A DNA stretch of 64,000 nt, taken from contig NW_021832229.1 of NCBI RefSeq assembly GCF_006345805.1, forward strand, positions 62,001 through 126,000. Direction: 5' to 3'. Every line of letters starts with the position of its first letter. Position 1 is the first letter of the stretch. Under the pieces are notes generated by a model. It saw only the letters and a program-made list of their open reading frames with translations, was not told the DNA's origin and did not search any database. Made by a program: the position numbers and the translations under genes. Source of the DNA: Octopus sinensis. Lineage: Eukaryota. Below, piece after piece: positions 11,623-25,156 of this stretch.

Positions 11623-12033
11623 ATGATTGAAAAATTAAGTGTACAAAACAGAAAATAACCAGAAAAGTTTATATTCTCTTAACTACATAATTAAGGGAGA
11701 TAACTGAAAATCAACTTTTAGAGTTACTTCCCTTGACATATTAATAAAAGACATGACAGTTTAAGAAGTAGGTGCGTTTGTTTTTCGCAGGCGAATGGCA
11801 CACTTGCATTCCTGCAAGAAGAGACAAACATACACATGCAAATTTTCTGCTGTTAACTTTAACAAATAAACATTGGCTAGCTTATAATTTACATTTAATT
11901 ACAGCCGAAAACTATGTAAAGTACTCACCATATCTACTAATACCCTTTGGACATGATCAGGTTTTCTTTTGTTTTAGATAGTATATATGCGTATGTGGGT
12001 ATATACACGTGTATATGTATGAATGCATGCATT

Positions 12034-12102
<69 letters not shown>

Positions 12103-12109
12103 GTGTATG

Positions 12110-13580
12110 AAACAAATCGCTTGCCGTGAATTACCGTCCAATCTCACTCACCTCTCATATCATTAAAGTATTTGAGAGAGTGCTGAGATCGCGTATGACT
12201 CACTTCCTCGAAAGTCATAATATGCTGAACTCGAAGCAGCATGGATTCCGTAATGGAAGAGATTGTCTGACGCAGCTACTGCATCATTTTGATGACATTT
12301 TGAGAGCCTTGGGAGAGGGCTCCGACACTGATGTCATCTATCTTGATTTCAGCAGGGACTTTGACAGGGTTGATCATAAGATCCTTTTGAGAAAGCTGTC
12401 CAATATTGGTGTCACTGGAAAGCTGCTGCAGTGGATCAAGTGCTTCCTGTCTAACAGAACCCAACATGTTGTAGTCGAAGGAGTCAAATCCAGCCCAGCC
12501 AAAGTCAGCAGTGGTGTCCCACAAGGCACTGTGTTCGGCCCACTTCTCTTCATCATCTACCTAAATGATATTACTGACACCATCAAACACAGTAACATCA
12601 GAACCTTCGCTGATGATTCCAAGCTCCAGAAGGTCATCAATAGCGTGGATGACCGAATAAACCTTCAGTCAGACCTACTGGCTGTTGTCCAATGAGCGGA
12701 AAAGAATAACATGTTGCTAAACGAAGACAAATTCGAACTGATCCACTTTGGAAGGGAGGACGCTCTGAAACTCCCATGCTCCCTTCATTCTGGAGATATT
12801 CTTACAGCGTCCAACAACATCAGAGACTTGGGAGTAACAGTGGACAACAACATAAGCTGGGCTACACATATAAGCAGCAAAGTTGATATGGCCCGCAGAA
12901 TGTGTTCCTAGATTCTCAGAACCTTCCAGTCGAGAGATTCCCACACCATTATCCTTCTCTTCTCCACTTTTGCCCGACCCCACCTTGAATACTGCTGTCC
13001 ACTGTGGTCTCCCTACACAAAACAAAATATTATGAGAATTGAAGCTCCCCAAAGGTCAATCACAAAAAGGTAGATGGCATGTCAGACCTTGACTACTGGG
13101 GTAGACTAGAGAAACTGAAATTGTATTCACTTCAACGACGCCGTGAACGCTACATTGTCTGTATGATGTGGAAAATATTCCATCAGCACTGTCCGAATGA
13201 TGTTGGCATCACCTTCAAAATACATCCAGGCCTTGGACCACGTGCCATCCGTCCACAACAAAAATCTAAATCGCATCACATAACGACAATAAGGCACAAT
13301 TATTTCACCTCAATTGGACTCGCTCTCTTCAACATTACACCAGGACACGTCAAAGCAGAAACTGACCACACAAAATTCAAGAAGTCTTTGGACAAATTCC
13401 TTCAAACAGTCCCGGACAAACCACCCACACCCAGATATGTCTCTGCAAACAATAACTCTCTGCTCGAATGGGCCTTGGTGCCCAAATCCTGAATTGAAAG
13501 ACTTCGCCAGGTGGTGCTATTAAGTTAGACATGGCCTGGGCCAATACTGGCCAAAACCTTTCTAAGTTATTCTAAGTTAT
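12110..13580 (+). mobile_element. 5'-truncated CR1-clade LINE (RT remnant with stops and a frameshift)
   Basis: NYRPISLTS, QHGF, YLDFSRDFD, GVPQGTVFGPLLF and FADD in 12126..12695. C-terminal ORF 13079..13492. 3' end (ttctaagtta)2 then (TA)n. Confidence 0.92.
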
Positions 13581-13769
13581 ATATATATATACATGTATGT
13601 ATATATTTATGTATATATGTATGTATATATATATATATCTATATATATCTATATATATATACATGCATATAACTATGTATATATGTATGTATATATATAT
13701 ATTTATATATATATACCTATATATATATACATGCATATAACTATGTATATATGTATGTATATATATATA

Positions 13770-13827
<58 letters not shown>

Positions 13828-13947
13828 CATACATGTATATATTTATGTATATATGTATGTATGCATATATATATATATATATATATACATGTATATATAT
13901 ATTTGTATGTATGAGTATAAGAGTATGTATGAGTATGTATGAGGAGA

Positions 13948-14710
13948 AATTTTTTTTCAAGAATATTGTTTACTTTAATATTTGTGTCTTTGTGAAATAG
14001 ATTTTGGCTGGATTATGTTCTTCATTATCTTTGTATTAATGGCGGTGGAGAAGGATGGCATTCCAGTGTCTTGTTTATTTTAACTCATAAAATTATGTGT
14101 AATTAAAATTACTTCATCAGTAAATGAAGAATTTAAAAATATTCTTCCTTCCCCCCATCCCCATCCACTCTAATACTTCAATATAAATATGTTTAATAGG
14201 TAATTCCAGCCTGAAGAATTTAATGTTATATAATAATGATAAGTCATTAAAGGCATCATTATGAAAACATATTCAAAATTTTGTTATTAATAACCAAATA
14301 GTAGAAACCGATTGACAAGATGAGACATTTCAAATAGATTTTTTATAATGAACTGCTGTCAAATGTAAATAAAGGAAATGTAAACACAGGAGATAATGGC
14401 TGCGAACGATCTGCAATTAGCAACGTGGGTGATGGTTTAATTAGCAACATTCACTGGTAAAGAAAAAAAGGGATTACCTCCCCTTGCCTTTCAACTCCAT
14501 CCAAGCATGTTCCATGCATTAAATACCTGCCAGTTGTTACTTGGGGATTCGACAGGATTGTTAGCGCATTGCTTAGAATGTATTGAAGTAGTAATTCTGG
14601 CATTCTGTGCTCTGAGTTCAAATCCCATCAACGTCAACTTTGCTTTTTCATTCTTTCAATACAACATCAGGTACTGAAAGGAATACATCATTATATTTTG
14701 CACTCTCTCA

Positions 14711-14788
<78 letters not shown>

Positions 14789-15304
14789 TTCCTTGAAAGA
14801 TTTCCACTGTGGTTTGACAGAGAGAGGGGTTAGCTACATCATGTTTAAAATACCCAAATATGAGTGTAAGGAAGGCGTCCTTATGATTCTGACAACATAT
14901 GATGACTGAAGACAGGGAATGGATATGAATAGACCCCCTCATCAATAGATATACCCAATACTCAATCCTATTGAACAACCACAGTTATCTGTGGTAGTAG
15001 TAAGAACATCAGATAAAAATGCTATCTGATGCGTCTACTGAAAATCTAAGCATGGTCCTGTCAAACTGTTCCTGTCTATTTATTTGCACAAGCTAATAAT
15101 GAACCAATGAGAGATCGTGTATGTGGTGGTTCGGTCTGTTAGATGTAGCAGCCACATCTGCCTCGTATCTTAAAACAAGGACATGTGAACTCACATGGTT
15201 ATATGGTCATTGCAAATAGGAAAAAGACAGGATGGTCACAGCTAGAATGCTTTTGATCTCAGGCCTGCACAGTCAGGGTTGACCAAGGGCTAAACAGCAA
15301 ATTT
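13948..15304 (+). repeat. Copy B of the ~1.35-kb duplication
   Basis: See copy A. Carries an extra 22 bp at ~14047-14068. Confidence 0.95.
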
Positions 15305-15334
15305 TATTATTAGTATTGTTGTTGTTATTGTTGT

Positions 15335-15805
15335 TAAGGTGATGGAAATATGAGCACATCAGGCAAAACGCTTAGTGGCATTTCTTCTGATTTTACATTC
15401 CAAATTCTGATTACCATGAAGCTGACTTTGCCTTTCATCCTGTTAGGGTCAGTAAAATAGGTACCAGTTGAGTACTGGGGTTGATTAATGGACTATATAT
15501 TCCACTTTACCAAAATTGTTGGCACTTGTGCCAACAATTTGAAATTGTTTTTATCTTCATCATCATCATCATCATCATCATCATTATCATTATGGCGGCA
15601 AGTTGGCAGAAACATTAGCACATTGCACAAAATGCTTAGCAGCATTTTATTCACCTTTATGTTCGGAGTTAAAATTCCACCAAGGTAGACTTTGACTTTC
15701 ATCCTTTCAGGGTCAATAAATTAACTATCGGTGAAACACTGGGGCCAGTGTAATTGACTAATCATTCTTCCCCAAATTTCAGGCCTTCTGCCTTTAGTAG
15801 AAGTT
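15335..15805 (+). mobile_element. Two decayed SINEs with Nin/Deu-like central domain (15335-15500, 15592-15805)
   Basis: gactttg(c/a)ctttcatcct...gggtc..taaa...ac(c/t)a motif. The same family occurs at 22371, 25157 and 28180. Confidence 0.65.
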
Positions 15806-15809
15806 ATTA

Positions 15810-15859
<50 letters not shown>

Positions 15860-15862
<3 letters not shown>

Positions 15863-16020
15863 TAGTTTTATTTTTATAGCGTGCTTTCACTTCACTACCG
15901 AGCGCAGCTCTGTGTGCCTTGGGTATGTGCTGTGATTTGTTGTGATGCTCTGATGGTTATTGTATGGAAAGTGTTCTGCGTAGGAAGTGTGCAGTGCCTA
16001 GTAGTGCAATTTTCTGTATG

Positions 16021-16066
<46 letters not shown>

Positions 16067-16097
16067 TTATCATCATTATTATTATTATTATTATTAC

Positions 16098-16137
<40 letters not shown>

Positions 16138-16311
16138 TAGTTTTATTTTTATAGCGTGCTTTCACTTCACTACCGAGCACAGCTCTATGTGCCTTGGGTA
16201 TGTGCTGTGATTTGTTGTGATGCTCTGATGGTTATTGTATGGAAAGTGTTCTGCGTAGGATGTGTGCAGTGCCTAGTAGTGCAATTTTCTGTATGTTATA
16301 TGTGTTTGTAT
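15860..16311 (-). mobile_element. Two 3'-end stubs of an R4/Dong-type element (15860-16022, 16135-16311) in (ATT)n
   Basis: Minus strand encodes the terminal peptide NIQKIALLGTAHILRRTLSIQ*, then a ~100-bp UTR ending aataaaactactg(aat)n. Confidence 0.85.
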
Positions 16312-16324
16312 ATTATTATTATTA

Positions 16325-17700
16325 TCTGCCGGTATTGATACATCAATTAGAAAGCATTTTTTTTCTTCATGATCTCTGACAACTATATCTGGTCTGTTGG
16401 CCTTAATTTCTCTATCTGTGTGTATCGGCATATCCCAGAGTATGGTTGCTTTCTCGTTTTCTGTGACCTTTTCTGGTGTGTGCCTATACCATCTTTTTTC
16501 TGTTGTTATTCCATAATGTTGGCATAGCTTCCAATGTATGTAGGTTCCAACTCTGTCATGTCTGTGAATATATTCCTTCTTAGCCAGGACTGGGCAGCTA
16601 GAGATAATATGATTTATTGTTTCTTGTCCATCTCCACATATTCTGCAGTTACTTGTAATATTTCTTTTCATTACATGTTTTTGGTAATTTCTGGTGGGGA
16701 GGCTTTGGTCTTGTGCTGCAATTAAAAATCCCTCTGTTTCTGCTTTGAGTCCTGAGCTTCTCAACCATTGCTGGGATTTTTCTTTGTCTATTTCTTTTGC
16801 GTTTAGTTTAGTGCAGTATTTACCATGAAGGGGCTTTTCTTGCCATCGTTTTATCATGGCTCATTGCTGTTCTATTTTTAGTTTGGATTTCATTTGTTTT
16901 ATAGCTTTTGTTGTTTCTTCATCATCTTCTTCTTCTTCTTTGTGTTTATTAGGTGGTATGATTTCTTGTTTGTATTTGTCAGCTTCCTTAAATACTGAGA
17001 ATAGTTTTTTGTTTTGCTCGTGTTTTTCCGCTATCTGGATCAGTTTTCCTTCCTTCTGAAGTAGGTATTTTTGCAGTCCTATGGTGGTTATTTTATAGTA
17101 GTTTTCCAGCTGTATAAGGCCTCTACCACCTTCTATACGTTGTATATATAGTCTTTCTATGTCAGATTTTGGGTGATGCATCCTAGATCCTGTCAGTATT
17201 TTTCTTGTTTTCCTATCTATTTTGGACAGTTCATTTCGTGTCCAGTTAAGGATATTGTAGCTGTAACTTATAACTGGGACAGCTAAAGTGTTGATACCTA
17301 TTATCTTGTTTTTAGCTTTGAGTTCTGTTTTTCGTATCGATCTAACTCGTCTATAATATTCTTTTTTTATTTTCTCTTTCATTTGTGTGTGTTGTGTCTT
17401 ATCTAGTTCATAGATTCCTAAGTATTTGTAAGTTTGGCTTTGGTCTAATTCTTTTATTTCATTGGTTTTATCTAGTGTGATGTTGTTACTCTTAACTAGT
17501 TTTCCTCTTTTCATGGTTACTTTGGCGCATTTTTCTAATCCAAATTTCATATCTATTTCTTTGGTAAATCCATGAACTGTCTTTAATAGTGTTTCCAGCT
17601 GTTTGTCATTTGCAGCGTATAGTTTTAGGTCATCCATATATAAAAGGTGGCTGATCGTTTTGGCGTAACATTTATATCCGCATCCAGTTCTATTTAGCAT
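16325..17700 (-). mobile_element. R4/Dong family A fragment (partial RT, CCHC, REL endonuclease)
   Basis: HLLYMDDLKLY, CRICG...ETINHIISSC and KANRPDIVV...IDVSIP in ORFs 16861..17700 and 16273..16857. Confidence 0.9.
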
Positions 17701-17704
17701 ATCA

Positions 17705-17743
<39 letters not shown>

Positions 17744-17757
17744 TATTATTATTATTA

Positions 17758-17844
<87 letters not shown>

Positions 17845-17849
17845 TTTTT

Positions 17850-20712
17850 TTTTTCTTCTTTCAAATTTTCTTCCATTTCTTGCCGAGTGTCTTCCCGACT
17901 CCTAGGGCAAAGAAACTCATAGTGTATATTGGTAGGCCATTAAACCAAACTCAGTAGTTCGTTCATTTTTTTTTTTTTTTTTTTTTAAAGTTAAATTAAA
18001 ATACATGAGCAGCAACAGTTCTCACATCGACAATGCTCTTCTCAATACATGTGATGTACCAGTTAAGACAATCTTTTGCACTTCTTGCAGGGATGGTAAG
18101 CCAGGGATCATTCTCATATAATTTTCGGTTCCCTTCTTGATCATTCCTAGTGCTCCTACGATCACTGGTATTGTAACCGCCTTGAGATGCCACATTTTCT
18201 CAATTTCAATGAGTAGGTCTTTATATTTTCTGAGCTTGTCAAACTCTTTCACTGAGATATTATGATCACAGGGGATGCTCATGTCGATCAATAAGCAAAC
18301 TTTATTGTTTTGGTCTTTCACAACAATATCTGGTTTATTGGCCTTGATGGTTCGGTCTGTATGTACTGGAAAGTCCCAGAGAATGGTTACGTTTTCTCCT
18401 TCAGTTACAGCCTCAGGGTGGTGATTATACCACTTGTCGGCAGTTTTGATATTGTAATGCCGACTTATTAGCCAGTGGAGATATTGGCCAACTCTGTCAT
18501 GTCTTAATTTATACTCCACTGGTGCTAAGACTTTACATCCAGAGATTAGGTGGTCCACTGTTTCAATCATGTCGTTGCAGAATCTGCTTTTAGCCCTGAG
18601 CTCCGCAGCCACTGATGGGTTTGCTTCTGGTCAACATCAGCTTGTTTGCTGCGGGTTACATATTTGCCGTGCAGAGGTTTCTCCTCCCACCTATCAGCCA
18701 ATTGCTCGTGCGCTTTTTTCATTGCCATCATTTTCACCTTCTTTGCAACAATAGTTGCCGTACTTCCCTCGGGTTGTTCACTTTGGGTATCCTGCACGAG
18801 ATCAATAGCAAATTTTTTGCTTTCCTTGATGATAGAATGAAGCTTCTTTCGTCTCTCGTGATTTTCCACGAGCTTTAGCATCCAGTCATTCGATATTTCG
18901 AGATATTTGGCCAGTCCAATTGTGGTTGTTTTGTAAGCTAGTTCAAATTGGATCAGGCCTCGACCTCCTTGGGCTCTGGGAAGGTAAAGGCGATCTACGT
19001 CTGCCTTTGGGTGGTGCATCCTATTACAACTCAGCAGCTTGCGTATTTTTCTATCTATATTCTTTACTTCACTCATATTCCAGTTCAACACATTGTAGCT
19101 ATAAGTAACAACTGGAACTGCTAAGGAATTTATAGCTAACACCTTGTTACGTGCATTTAGTTCAGATTTCAGGACTGCACGAACTCTCCTATAACATTCC
19201 TTCCTGATTTTCTCTTTCATGCTTGCATGCTGAATACCAGAGCCATCATTTATCCCTAAATATTTGTATGTCTGTTCTTGCTCAAGCTCTCTTATGACTG
19301 TGTCAACATCTAACACGACTGAATTTGTGGTCTTCACTTTCCCTTTCTGGAAAGTGGCCTTGGCACACTTCTCAAGTCCAAACTCCATCCCGATGTCATC
19401 GCTGAATGCTTTCACGGTGCGCAATAGGCCTTCAAGTTCATTATTGTCTTTACCATAAAGTTTTAAGTCATCCATATAAAATAGATGGCTTATTTTTTTA
19501 TTGGCAATTTTATACCCATACCCTGTTCTGTTTAATTCACTTGTAAGGGGTTTTAGGGCCATGCAGAATATTAAAGATGAAAGTGAGTCACCTTGAAAAA
19601 TTCCACAGTTGATGTTTATATTTTCTGAGGCAAGTACTCCATTAGAGTGGTATAATTGGAGATTCGTATTCCACAACGACATATTGTGCTTCAGGAAGTT
19701 TGAAATCACAGGGAAAATTTTAAAGATGTCCAGCGATCTCAAGATCCATGGATGCGGTATACTGTCGAAGGCCTTTTTATAGTCAATCCATGCGGTGCTG
19801 AGATTTCTGCGCTTGTTGTGACAGTTCTCAAGGATCATACGATTGATTAGCAGTTGATCTTTGCATCCGTAAGAGCCTCGGCGGCACCCTTTTTGTTCAA
19901 TGGGGAAAATATCGTTCTTCTCCATGAATGCATATGTTTTCTCCGCCAGGATAGATGTTAGGATTTTATACGTGGTGGATAGACAGGTTATAGGCCGATA
20001 GTTTTTTGGAAGGTTGGTTTCGTTATTCTTTGGGAGTAGGTAAGTAATGCCACTTGCTAACCATTCAGGTGTTTTCTTTGGGTCTCTCAAAATTCCATTG
20101 AGCAGCTGAACTAGGTTACCGTGTGCGCACGGGAGCGATGCGAGCCAGAAATTCGGCACCCTATCTTTACCGGGGGATTTCCAATTATGGGCCTTCGTGA
20201 GTGCCTGTCTTAGGTCTGCTATTGTGATGTCTTCCCATGCTTGTTGTAAATTTTGGTAGGATCCTTCAGTTTGTATAATCCAGTCTGCATTTATGTTGTA
20301 CGTCTTCTTGTCACTCCAAATCCTTTTCCAAAAGTTTTGAACTTCTTCCATGGTTACTTTAACGGTTACTTTCTCCTTCCCTATTTCTCTGTAGAATTTT
20401 TTGGCATTGGATGTGAACAGCTTATTTTGCTTGTAAAACTTGTTTCTCTTCTCAAATCTTCGTATTCTTTGGGCTTTTGCTTGGACTTTTTGTTTCAGCG
20501 TTTCTTTTATTGATATCAGTTCTTCTCTTGGTGAGGATCCAAATTTTCTCTTCATCTTTCTTCCTGTTCTGGATCTTACATCATTTCCACATATTAGTTC
20601 ATTTAATATTGATATTTCCCCTCTCATAAATTCAATATCTTTTCAATTTTACTTCTCCAGGTTTGATTTCTTCCCAGGTTTTGTTTTCTTTGTTTTTTCG
20701 GGGGCATACATA
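17850..20712 (-). mobile_element. R4/Dong family B, 5'-truncated, with intact RT
   Basis: ORFs 18567..20627 and 18022..18612. A-rich 3' UTR abuts (ATT)n. Confidence 0.93.
18022..20627 (-). pseudogene. Dong B polyprotein (RT plus REL endonuclease) broken by a ~98-bp deletion near 18594
   Basis: NYRPITCLST, WIDYKKAFDS, GIFQGDSLS, YMDDLK and KPDIVVKD...IDMSIP. Deleted relative to the sister copy at 26575-26672. Confidence 0.9.
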
Positions 20713-20723
20713 TTATATTATTA

Positions 20724-20768
<45 letters not shown>

Positions 20769-20831
20769 TATTATTATTATTAATATTACTATTTTTTTTA
20801 TTATTATTTATTATTATTATTACTATTATTT

Positions 20832-20862
<31 letters not shown>

Positions 20863-21003
20863 TATTATTATTATTTTTTTTATTATTATATTATTACTAC
20901 ATTATTTTATTATTATTATTATTATTATTATTATATTATTATTATGATTATTATTATATTATTATTATTATTATTATATTACTATTTTTTGTTGTTGTTG
21001 TTG

Positions 21004-21038
<35 letters not shown>

Positions 21039-21096
21039 TATTATTATATTATTATTATTATCATTATTATTATTTATTATTATCATTTTATTATTA

Positions 21097-21161
<65 letters not shown>

Positions 21162-21258
21162 CACTATTATTATTATATATTATTATATATTATTATTATT
21201 ATATATTATTATTATTATATTATTATTATTATTATTCTATTATTATTATTATTATTAC

Positions 21259-21291
<33 letters not shown>

Positions 21292-21372
21292 TATTATTAT
21301 ATATTATTATTATTATATATTATTATTATTATTATTATTTATTATTATTATTATTATTATATTATTGTATTA

Positions 21373-21408
<36 letters not shown>

Positions 21409-21431
21409 TATTATTATTTATTATTATTATT

Positions 21432-21700
21432 CAGTAGTTTTATTTTTATAGCTGCTTTCACTTCACTATCGAGCGCAGCTCTGTGTGCCTTGGGTATGTG
21501 CTGTGATTGTTGTGATGCTCTGATGGTTATTGTATGGAAAGTGTTCTGCGTAGGATGTGTTGCAGTGCCTAGTAGTGCAATTTTTGTATGTATATGTGTT
21601 TGTTCCTGTGATTTGTATATTTGTTATATTTATTATTATTAATATTATTATTATTATTATTATTATCATGTATTATTATTATTATTATTATTACTATATA

Positions 21701-21734
<34 letters not shown>

Positions 21735-21787
21735 TATTATTATTATTATATTTTTTTATTATTATTCATTATATTATTATTATATTA

Positions 21788-21822
<35 letters not shown>

Positions 21823-22188
21823 TTTATTATTATATATCATTTATTATTATTATTATATACGATTATATTATTTTATTATTATTATCATATTAGTATTATT
21901 ATTATTCTTACTATTATATTATTATTATCTATTATTATATTATTATTATTTTTATTATATTATCATGCATTATTATTTTAGATTACTATTAGATATTATT
22001 ATTATATCATTATTAGCAGTAGTTTTATTGTTATAGCATGCTTTCATTTCACTACCGAGCACAGCTCTATGTGCTTGGGTATGTGCTGTGATTGTTGTGA
22101 TGCTTGATGGTTATTGTATGGAAAGTGTTCTGCGTAGGATGTGTGCAGTGCCTAGTAGGGCAATTTCTGTATGTTATTGTGTTTGTAT
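21432..22188 (-). mobile_element. Two more Dong family A 3' stubs (21432-21630, 22017-22188)
   Basis: Same sequence as the stubs at 15860 and 16135, with scattered indels. Confidence 0.8.
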
Positions 22189-22370
22189 ATTATTATTATA
22201 TTATATATTACAGTTGTTGTTATTATTATTATTATAATTATGATTATTATATTACTATATATATTATTTTATTCTATTATTATTATTATTATTTTTATAT
22301 TATTATACTATTATTCTTGTTGGTGTTTTATTTTATATATATTATTATTATTATCATTATATTTTATTTT

Positions 22371-22848
22371 GGGGCAGTGAGCTGGCAGAATTGTTAGCAT
22401 GCTTGGATTGCTTAGCAGTATTTCCGTTTGCTAATTCTGAGTTCAGTTTGCTGAGGTTTTTGCCTTCATACTTTGGGGTCAATATACAGAGTATCATGGA
22501 AAACTGGGGTGATATAATCAACAAACACCCTCCCCCCAAATTTCAGGCATTGGCTTATATAGAAACGATAATCCTTTCACTGCACTATGAGCACAACTCT
22601 TTCTGGTGGTGCTATTTTCTGCATATCATATATATTGCAATTCTGCGCCTTTTGTATTATTGTCTGAATTATTTTTGGGTTTTTTATCATACCTAATGTG
22701 CCTACAATAATAGGAACTGCTTTTATTTTTTAGGCTCCAAATTTCAGTTACTTCTATTTTGATCTTTGTACTTTCAGTTTCGCCATTCTTTTAGAAAACA
22801 TGGTATTACTTGGTGATCTGTATAACTATATTACTATATCTGGCCTAT
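22371..22848. repeat. Indel-rich duplicate of 25157-25675 (SINE plus Dong A fragment)
   Basis: Collinear. Differences are mostly 1-4-nt deletions in this copy. Confidence 0.85.
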
Positions 22849-23222
22849 ATTATGATTATTATTATTATTATTATTATCATTATATTATTATCATTATTAT
22901 TAAATTATTATTATTATTATTATTATTATTATCATCTTATTATTATATTTTATTATTATTATTATTATATCCTATTATTATTATTATTATTATATTATTA
23001 TTATCATTATTATTAATATTATTATTATTATTATTATTATCATTCCTTATTATTATTATTATTATTATTTTATTATTATTATATCATCTTCTTATTATTA
23101 TTATTATATTATTATTATTATTATTATTATTATCATCCTTATTATTATTATTATATTATTATTATTATTATTATTATTATATTATTATTATTATTATTAT
23201 TATTTTATTATTATTATCATCC

Positions 23223-23259
<37 letters not shown>

Positions 23260-23302
23260 CATCCTTATTATTATTAAATTATCATTATTATTATATATTA
23301 TT

Positions 23303-24084
23303 CTATGTTTGACTTTTGCTTTATATTTGTACAAGTTGGCTCCAAGTCTCACCCAGAGACCTCAAGAGACAACAGGGTTGGAAGTTCATGTTGTTGTTAT
23401 GCCTAGTGTGCCATATATTTGGGGGGTGGGGATGTTTTGTACTAATGAATGTCTAAAAAAAAAAAGTTTTTTTTTTTTTTAAACCGAAAATTATGTGTTT
23501 TTAAACCTTGAGATTACATAGAGAGTATTTTGCGTAGGATATGAGCAGTTCCCATGAGCACTATCTTTTGAACTTCTGCCATTTTTGGGTTTCCTGGTAT
23601 CTGAGTTAGGTAGCTATCAGCCCCTTTTGCTATCATTCCAGGGCACCTATGACAACAGGTATTGTTTTAGTCTTCAGCATCCACATTTTGCTGATTTCTA
23701 TTTCAAGATCTTTATATTGCTCAGTTTTGGTAGGTCTTGATAGATACGTTTATATCGATTGGACAGTCATATCAATGAGGAGGCATGTTCTTTGTTTGAA
23801 GTTTTCAATATGATGTCTGGCCTATTTGCATCTATCTTCCTGTCAGTTTGAATGGTGAAGTTCCAGAGGAGTGAGATGTGGTCATTTTCAAGCACTGGGG
23901 GTGGTTTGTGTTCCCACCAGTTTTTTTCATGGGGCAAATCCAGGTTTTTACAGATTACCCAGTGAATATATTGTGCAGCTCTATCGTGCCTGTTGAGATA
24001 CTCTGTAGGCGCTAGAAGACTGCACTTGGAGACCACATGGTCAATGGTTTCATTTTGTTGCTTGCATACATGACACGTTGGACT
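23303..24084 (-). mobile_element. 3' fragment of a third R4/Dong family
   Basis: ORF 23767..24036 YLNRHDRAAQYIHW...LWNFTIQTDRKIDANRPDII. The 3' UTR differs from families A and B. Confidence 0.85.
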
Positions 24085-24090
24085 ATTATT

Positions 24091-24130
<40 letters not shown>

Positions 24131-24135
24131 CATCC

Positions 24136-24181
<46 letters not shown>

Positions 24182-24261
24182 CATTATTTTATTATATTAT
24201 TATTATTATTATCATCCTTATTATTATTATTATATTATTATTATTATTATTATTATCATCC

Positions 24262-24338
<77 letters not shown>

Positions 24339-24546
24339 TATTATCATCCTTATTATTATTATTATTATTATTATATTATTATTATTATCGTCCTTATTAT
24401 TATTATTATCATTATTATTAATATTATTATTATTATTATTATTATTATCATCCTTATTATTATTATTATTATATTATATATTATATTATTATTATTATTA
24501 TCATCCTTATTATTATTATTATATTATTATTATTATTATTATTATT

Positions 24547-25098
24547 GAGTGAGAGAGCAGTTCATGCCATCAAAGTGACACTGGGGTAAAATATACGAAG
24601 CCCAATATACCATCATGACTACCCGTCTGATAAAGGTACACCAGGCACATGCATCACAACCATATGTGCGCGACATGGTGATCTCATATCAAGATAAACA
24701 GCACATGACCTTGCAGGTGGGGCCCAGTTAGAATTTTCTTCAGGTTGAGTAGCCCATCCCGCTCAAACGGTCCCTGAATAAGGGTTGTTTAAGGATGTTG
24801 AAAAAACCACCCATGTTTCCAGAGGTGAATTATTCAAACCCCAAAGAATCCCTCTCAACACATGGCTATGATGCTCCCCACTACTTCTGCTCATGATCAG
24901 AGATGCACATATCGTCAGCCACTAAGGGACATGCTCAACTGGTTAAGGTCAAACAACTGACAAGCAAATCTGTGGTATTGAGCAGAATATTTGCTGTAGC
25001 CCATCTTTTATACCAAGACAAAACAATGTACATGATAACACTTCCAATCAGTTAAGATCAGAAGCCATGAGAGCCACTGCCTGGTACTGCATCAGGGC

Positions 25099-25100
<2 letters not shown>
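24547..25100. mobile_element. 554-bp non-coding insertion inside (ATT)n, unclassified
   Basis: High-complexity sequence flanked directly by (ATT)n on both sides. No ORF of 60 aa or more. Confidence 0.55.
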
Positions 25101-25131
<31 letters not shown>

Positions 25132-25156
25132 CATTATTATTATTATTATTATTATT

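Larger units (their letters stand above)
20713..24546. repeat. Long imperfect (ATT)n arrays with embedded fragments
   Basis: Direct inspection. Many 1-nt interruptions. Confidence 0.9.

Noticed and set aside
11791-11960. Open frame after a strong acceptor (ttttcgcAG)
   Set aside because: Only a weak donor, several equally plausible frames and no recognisable protein.
25040-25070. Resemblance of atcagttaagatcaga to U2 snRNA stem II
   Set aside because: Too short, and no other U2 features.
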